64,000 nt of DNA from Balanoglossus misakiensis (taxonomy: Eukaryota; Animalia; Hemichordata), in the NCBI GenBank assembly GCA_040954595.2, contig CM082580.2:12600909-12664908 (forward strand). Direction: 5' to 3'. Made by a program: the position numbers and the translations under genes. Of the stretch, positions 53,254-64,000 are shown one piece after another. Numbering within the stretch: the stretch's first letter is position 1; each line of letters opens with the position of its first letter. The notes under the pieces are model-generated. The model was given only the letters and a program-made list of their open reading frames with translations, was not told the DNA's origin and did not search any database.

Positions 53254-54301
53254 AGATGAAATATTATGAGAACAGTTTGATATCGGGAGGGGGTTCAGAA
53301 TAATACTACCGACCACATCCGTGGCCAATTATAGTCTTTTGACGGCCCCTTCCCGATAGTCAATGGTTCACCGTAAACACCCTTTCAAAGATCTTGTTTC
53401 TCTAGATTACAATGTTCAGGATGCACGGTCATTTTCAGTCCAAATAAAAAACGCCCTCGACGACTGAACAAAAATTTCGTTTGTTTATTCCTGCTGTGTG
53501 TATGAGTGAGATTAGCAAAACAAATGGTTTCTTTTCCGTCTGCTTAGTGAAATTTAGTCAGCAACATACCCCCCCCCCCACCTATAAAAGTACAGCAGCA
53601 AAGTGTCAAACTACTTCACTCGTACATCATAGCAGTTGACATACATGTATATAGCACCCCACAGCTGCAATGTACAGATACAGCAATGGCTATCATGTGA
53701 TGGTATAATCTTTATTGGAAAAAAATCATCTAATTTTGAAACACTGAAGAAATACCATAAATAGAATTCAAGACGTCTTGAAAACATTTGGAGATTGGTA
53801 ATTACATTACAGAAGTTATTAAGATTAAAGACTTCTCAGTAAAGAAATTAAAATTAGATTTATATTTGTTTTAATAGTCTGTAGTTAACAGGAGTTAAAC
53901 ATACTGAAGATTTCATAATTATTGTGTAAAGGGTAATTGTATCAAACTTACGCCACTAAAAATCTACACAAACAAAATCTTACACACATTTTTTTGTAAA
54001 GTATATACAAACTGAATATATTCCCAGTGAATTTTCATTTGGAATTGGTGAATGGACATCAGACTAGTTCAATTTGATGTGATTTATCATCTGTGACAAA
54101 TATATATGAGAACCCTTCTGAGAACTGCTCCCTTCCGCTAAAAGTGCCTGAAACTTGGGGCTACAGTCTCCCTCGCTGGTGCCTGACTTGACTAGTTTTT
54201 TTTGTCTCTATGACAGAAATAAATTACTGTACAGGCATGGGCTTCCTTGAAAATCAAACCAGTAACATGATAGGAGTTGGAAATGGCCGACACGCCCGCG
54301 C

Positions 54302-57300
54302 TTATAGGTTTTGCGATGACCGCGATGGTGATGCACTTCGTCTGAATTTCCCTTCTGTGGAGGTGGCATAGGTGCTGCTAGAGGGCGCTTTGGAGGAGAA
54401 GGCCGCAAAGTAATCTCCTGCAAAAGCGACCACGTTGTCTGGTTTCCTAAGCAGCAGAAACTGTAAGAAGTCGGCGAGTAGCGCCTTCAGCTCTGGGTGG
54501 TGTCTCATGTACACGGCATGGTCTCCTTTCAACTCCTCCTACACACATACAAACAAAAAAACACACACACACAAACTTGGTGTTATGAACTGTCTCAAAT
54601 ATGTATGGGCCTTGGGGAGAGATTTTCAGAAATGTGGCAGTCTTCTCAAGCTCTCAATTCTTTCCTATATTGAAGCTTGTGAGTACAGCTGAATAACAAA
54701 TAATGGCAGTTGAGTTTCTGTACCATCGTTCGCCAAAAAAAAAATGATTTTCACAACATTTATTGTGATATACTGCTTTATCAATATCATTATTCCGTCT
54801 CTCACAAATGGTAAATCATGCTAGCAATAAAATTTTATTGAGATAAATTCATCACCGCTTGAGTTTTTGTCACTGTAAATTACAATATGCAGGGAAATTG
54901 ACCATGTTTACTTTGCCTCCAGGAAAATGCAATTGATCAAGAAACCACAGCGGTTATATGTGTGTAGTTTTACAACTACTGAAGTTTTCTTCAACCCAAA
55001 CAGTGCAGAACGAAAGCTAATTTTGTCCCTTAAACCTATTGAATACTATAGAGATTTCCATGTTTTCACCTAGATTTATAAAGACAAATACAAGAGGCTG
55101 CAGACCTTTTCTAGTGCCAGTGGAATGCAATCAGTCTCACCATACTTACTTTCCTGTCAAGGAATTTAGAGTAAAGTTGCATATCTTCTTCCCAATTGAG
55201 GGGCTGTTTCTTAAAGACGGGCTTTTCAAGAGCTTCATCAGTGTCCATTCGGCTCGGCACTCGAAGCAGTCTCATGGTCACTGGTGAACCAACTTGGACT
55301 CTGCTTGTTAAATGTCTGAAGGAAATATCAGCGAGATTATAAATGTGGACCACTCAACAAGTGTATGGCCATGGGAAGAAACAAAATCTCAAATCAATTG
55401 CTTTAATATAAAAAATATCATTTGGTTGTTTTTGAAGATGACAAAACACTGAAAAACATGTGTTGGTAGCTGAACACTGCTCTCTGGGTGTCAAAATGCA
55501 GATAAGCCGACCACAGATGTTTGCACACAAAACGTCATTGAGATTTTTTTTCCAATATGTCCACACAATCCAAGTGAGAGCAGCCCCCAATGACAATCAA
55601 CCATGGAGCGGTTGATTCACAGAGACAGATGCCACAAACAGTCTCTCCTATGAAAGGAGGACCCAATAAAAAATAACATGAAAATGTGACAACATTGCTC
55701 CTGTGAGCTTTTCATCACGTCATCCCACCACACAAGGCCCTCGTTTATAGCCATACTTTCGTGACACAGCTGGTGTGTACACGTACGAACCAGGCAATAA
55801 ATTGATGGCTAATCAATATTTTTCCCTTTGTAAGACCTGCCTGTTGGTGCCGTCTGTGGATTGGTCTAATCAGGCTATAGTATAAAAGCCCCCTTCTGAA
55901 TGGAGTTAAAACCCCTCTGATGACAGTAAATGTCATATTTTAGACTATATCCTTTTATTATCACACCAGTGGGGCAGATCTGACAGTGGAAGGAAAATCC
56001 CATCAAAGAGGCACTGTTCACATCCAGTGTTTTGGCCAGGATGCCGCAGTAGAGATCGGGACTGAATCAATATGGGTCAATCATACGATGAAGAAACAAA
56101 GGGATTAAACCAACTTGCAGAGTGAGGTGGGGGATACCAGGTTTTAATTGGAAGACCTACCCATCAGTAAGGAAATATGACTGCCAGGATGTTGGCAGAT
56201 CGTGTGCAGAATGAATCGTTCTTTCGATACCAGTCACAAGTATTTCCCTCTCTCCGATGGTTTGTTTGCGCTCCTCAAGGGGTCTCTGCAACAACAAAAA
56301 AGTAAAAATAAAAAGATGTACATCACGACCACATGACATTGATTTGACCAATCACAGAATGGAAGATACGCACTTAGATTGCTTGTATGCATGTTTGGAT
56401 AGAACCAGCTGATACCATAAGATGGAACATTACTGTACTGATTACACTCACATATGTCGCTGTACTGAGGTTGGTTTCCGAATCGAATGATATGAACGCA
56501 CAGTTCTCCGAGACTCCTTTATTGACCATTATCCTTTGTAGTAAAAGATTTGAAGCTGCAAAAAAACAACAACAGGTATTGAAAAAAACACCATTTGAGT
56601 TGTTATGGGGGGTCAGTGACAATTATCTCTACATATCAACCTCCTGATACTTGGCTAAATTCTGTACAACTACTGTTGAATTCAGATGTATTGCCAGCTG
56701 AAGATATTGACAGGTGCAGGCCGGGATACCAATGATTTCATTAACATGTCTATAATCCCATGCCTATCGTGAAAGATCTCTTGCGGAAATCGCGAGACAG
56801 GATTTCAGAGTCATGTCAAAGTAAGCGAACACATCAGACAGCCTCTGTAGGAGCCACAGGACAAATATGAACTGGAGACAGTTTCATCGACCCAACCCCT
56901 GATGAATATTGGTGATCGCTTAAAAGCATACAGTCGTGCAATTTTTAGCTGCTCCAAGGCAGGGTTGCACTCATGGGTCAACGCACTGGCTCCAAATACT
57001 GTCTCCACCCCAAAGGATGTGTCAACACCATCAGAGATCTTTCTCCATCTCTACTCCTTACTGCATTCAGACCCTCAGGTGCTTTGGGGGACACTCGCAG
57101 TGTGTGTATGCAATTGCCGAGCAAGCCTTCAGTGAGTGCTGTCACTATACTGCGCATGTGACCCTAAAAGCTTAGCAGCATGCCTGCAGGCAGGGGACGC
57201 ACTGTCAATTACACAGTGTGCACTGTACACAAAACTGTGACTGTTCAGCATTTGTGCTAGAAATCCCATGAATTATGTAAAAGAACAGGAGGAACACACT

Positions 57301-59977
57301 CTCATGGATGATTATAATTGGCACCAAACGCGAACAGATACCAGAAGGGAGGCATAAAACTTTAACTGTGTGTTATACAGCAAAGTTCTTTAACCTACTG
57401 AGTATATGGATTTCAACCAAACTGATTCTCTCAAGGTATAAGCAAATCCATTAACTGGCAGCCCTCAGTGCAAGTACATGTATGAGTATTAATGTACACA
57501 CATGGGAACTGTAGAATATGAATGCATCGCGAAAATCAATATCTATAGACGCAACACATGGCATATACAGCAAAGTTATAAGGTGTCCCTTGAGAGAGAC
57601 AGACCCAAATCAGATGTGTGTCTTTTTATCGCCTGACTGGAGACAGCACCAACCCTTTTTATGGCAAGAACGTGTTGGTTTTATAGCCATGAAATGACCA
57701 GAATCAGAGAGTGTGTTTGAGCAGTACAAATGCAGCACTTGACAGTTTAAGTAACAACATCAATGTTTGCTTGCATTCACGCATTTATCTAATAAATAAT
57801 GCCATATGTTACCCAGAGAGCAGAAAGTAATGACACTTCAGCCCTTTCGGGAAGCAAGGTCACACATTTCCAGGGTGATAAACAAAAATCTAAACGCCTG
57901 TGTGCATACATGATACATGTTGGAATAAAAAAAAACCCATTTCTTTCACCCCATCTTCTCCCCCTCCCAGCACTTCCTAGGGCCCTCACCTGACGGAACC
58001 TCCCTCTTGAAAAACAACATATACTCATTTAATCTGATAAAAAGATCAGATTTTGTAACTGAATTAATCTTCATGAACTCACACCCACTTTAATATGTCA
58101 CATGACCAATTAAAATGATTAACTATTGAGCATTATAAAGCTTTTTTTTTCTCCTGCTAGTTCCCAAACAGCACAATAGGTGCTGCAGCAACAATGGAAT
58201 AGAATGGTTGACCTGAAACACATTCTTGGATCACCAGGTCTTTTGTTGTCATTAATGATGCTTCAAAAACATTATAATTTTGCATGTGTGTTATACATGT
58301 ACACAGGATACCATTAAAGTCGTTCTTTATTTTCCTCGCGATCAACCTGTTACATGTGTTATCTTACTCTTTTGGAAAACATTATATTCTGCTGACTGCG
58401 AGAAGGCAATTGCTGTAATAGCCCAAGCTCCTCTCATGAGGGCCATCAACGTACAGGTTGTCTACTCTCTGTATCTACGTGTACGCCATGCAAATTTGGT
58501 TTTTCCCGCTGATCGCAATTTTCCCTCCCACTCAGTCACCTTTGCTTTGTGGTTCAAAGCACACTAATATACGGGTGACACTGATTGTCAGCTATGACGA
58601 TATTTCGAAAAATTCAGTGCTGAATCACGTGAGGATCAGGGAACAAAGTTCAAAGTTCAAGGGTGAACACCAAGGTGATGCATCCCACAATGCATGCTCT
58701 GAGCTGAGGAACTTGCAAATAAGAAATCTGCTGGCAGAACCTGCACTATAAACACATAAGGTCTACTGGCCTGACCGTACCTTCTGAAATAAATCCCTGC
58801 ATAGACTCCATGTCATAGGTCTGCGCTGTCCTTTGAACATCCTGAAATAAAACACGATATGATATATCATAATTAGACGAGTGATGACAGCCAAGAACGG
58901 GGCCAGTCATCAGTTCTAGATCAGTTTCTGAGGCAATCAGCTCAGCTTTGTGAAAAATTTTCAAAAACCTGTCGCCACATGTCATTTTATTGATCAACGC
59001 AAGTTAATAACATTCAGCTATTTAGGAAGTGCAACAGCATGACAAGACAGCCTTTAGACATAGCTATTTTCCCCCATATACACACAAGCCAATAGTTAGA
59101 AATTAAGCTATATATCTACACGGAAGGACACTAGCTGTCACACACAATCATCTCAAAGTATTGTAGCCTTATCATTATAAGTGTTCATTCATCTTTCAAT
59201 CTGGCCACCACATTCTCATCTATAAACACATGACACATACATACATGTACACACTCATGTGTAATTTATTATAAAACATTCATCCATACAATCATACACA
59301 TAATGATGTAAGTGTATTTATTTAACATATTAACACATACACTTTGCTTCTACCATATGGACAGCCTTTACCAACTCTACCCGAGCACTGGTTACCTAGC
59401 AACAGACCTTTTCATCATTGCCAAATGTGTCTGTATCCACCACAAGAATCAATCATGCCCATCAGTCTTTCATCATCGGAAATATGGCAAACCACTTCAT
59501 ATAATTTTTCAAGTTTTCTGTCAAGAGAGACCTTGACCAAATATCTAGGACCAGTTAATCAGCTGGAGGGAAATATACTGCCATACCTGAACCACTGACT
59601 CATAAATAATGGCTATAACATTATGATAAATTTGCGTCCTCCTTCTGAAGTGATCTTTCAAACTCCTTCATGATGAGAAGTGCAATTCTGCTCTATCAGC
59701 GACATTTATTTCAGCTAGGGTCTTCTGGAATAGCGCTTTGCCATGATAATCAGTGTTTAGGATTAGCACTAGAAAATGTTCAGATTACCGATAAACCACT
59801 GTGACCACACTCTGACCACTGGTAGTCCTCATTGGCAATGTGACAACTGGTCCAGAGTACACTGACCTCTGTAGGTGTCTATGTACTTACCTCTCCTTGT
59901 GTGATAACTTTGTTGACCACAAACTGACCATCCTGCTGTACAATAAAAGTTTTTCTGTCTAGAGGGTGATCTTCAAG
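54302..59977 (-). CDS. CATIP: Ciliogenesis-associated TTC17-interacting protein (C2orf62), last six coding exons; 5' part not found in window
   Basis: Exons 59977-59891, 58841-58781 (GFISEG), 56555-56452 (ASNLLLQR), 56285-56161 (GIERTIHS..WQSYFLTDG), 55315-55150 (RVQVGSP, LNWEEDMQLYSKFLDRK), 54538-54302 (RIIa-like HPELKALLADFLQFLLLRKPDNVVAFAGDYF). Phases match. Confidence 0.9.
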
Positions 59978-62900
59978 CTAGAATTAATTAGAGAATATAC
60001 TTTGGTTATTCAAAAGATAACTATAAAAGAATAATGATGTTGACATTATAGTAACATCTTTATTATCACCTTGTCAACCATTCTGAAATATTAATTTTGA
60101 TAACAAGTAAAACATTGTCAAGAGAACATACATTATTTAAATTTTACACTTGTATCTGACCCACTTGAAAAAGACAATATGCAAACAACAAGCCCTGAAA
60201 ACCTGTGTTAAAGAATGTACATAGAAAATATCAATTTTATTGCATAATTTGCAGGGCTGTGTATCTTTCTTATTATACCTATCATTATCTATTCGATTGG
60301 ATATCTAATCACCATTCATAGCTGTGAAGTAGGCACAAAATTATACAGATTAGTGGGGGGAAAAAATCAAAGGTCACCATCCATTTGATAGTTACCGATA
60401 TTAGATTTTGCGATGAAAGATTGTTGCACACGTATGATATCATCCTCTGCACTAAAACTGAACACAAGCTGCATTTATTTTTAACCACAACAAAACACTG
60501 AATGTCCATGTATGACAGATCTATAAACTGTCAGGTTTCACCCGTTTCAGCAATCTGAAACTCAGCATTTCTCTCCACTGAGCCAGCGGCCTATCACAAC
60601 CCCCTGGGTAGAACGTGTCACTGTCTTGTCAGACCTCAAGCTAACCTCTCAGTCAAAAGGGGGCATAAAAGTCTGACCTTTTACAAGCAGCTCTGTGATT
60701 GGTTGACTTCGCATAGGGGAATGTCTGTCACCTTGGAGACTAGCACTGACTTCTCTCTCGCATACATTTGCAGGAAAGCATGAGAATGAAGATAAAGCAC
60801 ATGCCCTGTCTCAAGAGGGCAACCCTTCAAGGTCAGGGCATGATGTCGTCCAGTGAGACGAAAGTCGGAATGGCATTCATCACGTGAACGACCTATCCTT
60901 TTTACAATTGACCAAATTTGCCAACTGTGCAAATTAAATTTCAAGAACTCAAAAAACAAGGTTTCGAGTGAAAACAACTGCCACAAATTGTTCACAAATG
61001 ATATCAACCGGCCTCACACAATGACACATCTATACACTTCAGCCATTTTCAAGTTGAAGCAGTTGATTAATTTAAACATTTTCCCCTAATATACCAAATA
61101 ACTAAATTTGAACTGAGGAATATAACTTCAAGCGTTCATGATTTTTCAGATGCCACTTTTCCATTTCACGAGAGGCTTACATGAATGTTGAAGTATATGC
61201 ATCTACAAATTTGTCAGAACACAAGTACATTTGTACACTCAGCGCAAACAACCTTATTCACATGCTCTCAGTGTTTCACAAGATCCGCACGCTCGCTTGG
61301 CATTTATCAAAGCAAAGTCTTATTATTAAATTAGGCATTTTTATTCCCTCCAGAGAGCGTTCGCTAGACCAGCTGCAGTACGATAAATCGTCCCCAGAGC
61401 CCCCACAACACCGGCTATTGGAACAAGAACGCACTGTCGACTAAAACGGTTTAACTGATTGGCGGGGTCTGGCCAATATTGATTGCAGATTTGTTTGATT
61501 TCCTTCTTCCATCGCTTCTCAAAATTGAAATGGTGATGGAATGTCTCACCCCAGCTGAATGTTAAGTGCTCATTTCCCCGCTTGAGTAATTGAAAAGAAA
61601 AAAAGCCAACCCTGCCTAGTACAAGTGTACTGAGCACCCCGGCGTATTTTCTTGTCTGTCACACGCTCCTTCATTTCTCTGTCTCTGTCAAAGTAACATT
61701 GATTACATTTCAGCAGAAAACTTCCTCTAGGCTGGCAAGCAACATCCAAGATACTTTGGCACGATTTTTCATTGCTTGCAGGCCTTCTCTCGGTTATCAT
61801 TTTTCAGCCGTGGACACAGAAAACCGCTGCAGTAATCTAATATACCAGTGGCCTAGCTGCTTTTGCTGTTAATGGCTCGGCAGTTTTTGCACTTGATCAC
61901 CCAATTCCTTCGCACGTACAACAGCACAGCAATCAAATTCTGCTGGCCACAGGTCTGCATCCAGGGCACATAATAAACACGGCTAAATTACATCATAAAA
62001 ATTCCTTTCACCTGATATATTTACTGTATTGCCCTAAAGGTGAGTGATAAAAAGCCATCATTTCTCACTGTGGACTGACAGGCTTTTCAAAAGAGAAGAT
62101 TAGCCAACAGAATTAAACAGGGGACTGTACATACAATCACAGATTGTGACTTCAAACCTCTGATCCTTTCCATGGGATACAGGTGGTCAAAAAAACAAAA
62201 GGCTGTTACATGAAATGGCAGTGGACAAATAAATAAACTTTGCCAAATTCCAGCACACAAGACCTGTTCATGTGTTCAGTGCACTTTAGGTAATTCATGG
62301 ATATTGATGACAAACAAATCAATGGTTTGCTTGGTAAATAGTGAAAAGTAACCAGGTCACCGAATGATAAATTGAGCAATATATATGAACAAATACATCA
62401 CAATGTAAACCATCAACAAGGCTCAGCTTTCCACTTCGCAAATAAAAATACAGCCATTAATCGCCTAGATTAACATGGCCAGCAGATATTTATTGCTGAG
62501 TTTAACCCACCCTTGCAATAAAAGTGATACTGCTAACACATTAATAACATGGTATCTCTCCAAGACCTCATGCACATGGCTGTAGGCTATTGGCTGTGAC
62601 AAGTTATTTTGAAATCTATACTAGAGCCACCAATCACTCTTTTTTTTTAAAACTAAAATTTCCGTGTCTCTGGGATTTTTCTTCCTCAAAGTGCATGCAG
62701 ACATGTACCACGTCACAGAGATTGTAACTGTGCACAAAACATAGACAGTAGGTGAAGTACTTGTACACAGCATGAAAGGTCACTCCACTTTGACTTCAAC
62801 CGTGACTGAAAGTGTGACATACATGTATGAAGTGAAACATAGGACCACCCATCACTAGTTGTACTTTAAAGAAGTCTTACAACCACTCAGAAGACATAAA

Positions 62901-64000
62901 AAGGACAAAATATCAATTTATATACATGGTAAATCCCTAAATCTCGCCTCATAAAATGGTAGTAAAATAAATCTACACGATTGAAGCTGAATAATGAACT
63001 TGGAATTTGTTTCACAAGTCTTAAGTATCAAGCGCTGCGGAGGCCAGAACATCTGGCAAGGCAAGGGGATTTTCATAAATGTCAACAAAGTGATTATTAA
63101 AAATCAAGAGCAATTAACGTACATGTAAAGAAGGACGCACAGTAGGATTTCACCTCATCAACTATGCCTGGATAATAAAAATGTGTGGAGGCCTCATCTT
63201 GATTTACTACCTAAGTGCCAGCCAACTGCCTTGCAATATTTGAAAATGAGTATTTCTCATATTATAGTTTGAGGGGGTTGGGGGGGGGGGGGTGTTGGCA
63301 TCAAGAAACTTTACATGATTGCAACCTAGATACATTGTACTTTCATCTGTCATAATAACATGAATGTACACTATATTTTGAAGCAGATCAGATTTGTCTG
63401 AATGCTAAATTGATAATTACACACCATCAGCAAAACAGTTAATTCAATTTTATCCTCTGCCGTTCCCTTGATGGCTTTTCATCAAATCTAATGGCTTTTG
63501 CAAGTCTTCGGTATAAGCAATTATGGAAAAATGCAATCTCATATCCAACATTTTATGCTTTGCCAGATTTCTAATGGGATATTCCATAAAATTTTATGGT
63601 TTTTTCACCTGACTTTAAATTCATGTGATTGTGAAAACAAGAAGTGCTTTGTAATTTGACTTCAACATCAGTTGCTTTCTACTGCCAATTTTCAGTATTG
63701 ACACTGAAACTGAAATAAGCCATGTTTCTCGGTAAGCATTTTCATCAAAATCTCTCACCTTTAGCTAGATTGGACAGTACTCCATCAAAATTGATCACAG
63801 CACCATGAAGTCTCAAAATATATGTTTAAATGTCAATACTATGCATTGTATATCACTATATAGAAATAACTGGTAAACTTTAATGTAACTGATGTGCTCA
63901 GGGAATAATATCATTCGACCAAGCTCTCACTTTGGATCTCCTAAACAACTTCAACACAGAGAATGTCCTCAGGGGTGTTTGCTTGGTAATTTATCACTCC

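Noticed and set aside
1-64000. CRISPR arrays, tRNA/rRNA genes, retroelement or RNA-guided nuclease ORFs
   Set aside because: No repeat-spacer arrays, cloverleafs, or RT/RuvC motifs seen by eye; a covariance-model scan was not possible.

Overview
Intron-rich animal DNA, probably a marine invertebrate (deuterostome-like; the species cannot be determined from sequence). Most short ORFs in the supplied track are noise, so genes were rebuilt by hand from GT-AG sites and frame continuity. In order: 3' end of a LIV-1-type ZIP zinc transporter (+); a complete 8-exon glycine-receptor-alpha-like chloride channel (-); two MS4A/CD20-like four-TM paralogs (-); a DUF229 gene (+); an ATF3/JDP2-like bZIP gene (-); a BHMT-like methyltransferase (+); a NAT8-like acetyltransferase (-); a Cys-rich, highly acidic type I membrane protein (+); and the 3' part of CATIP (-). 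The main result is an apparently intact 6,835-bp DNA transposon (21964-28798) with TAGGGAGGCC TIRs, a CCCCTGG duplication and a >1100-aa atypical hAT-like DDE transposase. It has inserted into the last coding exon of one MS4A-like gene and cut off its PPxY tail. It also carries a fold-back TTAA/piggyBac-type MITE just after the transposase stop, splice-site-like motifs 17 nt inside each end, and a CTCF-like site. Separately, the GlyR-like subunit naturally has the loop-B SYGF sequence.
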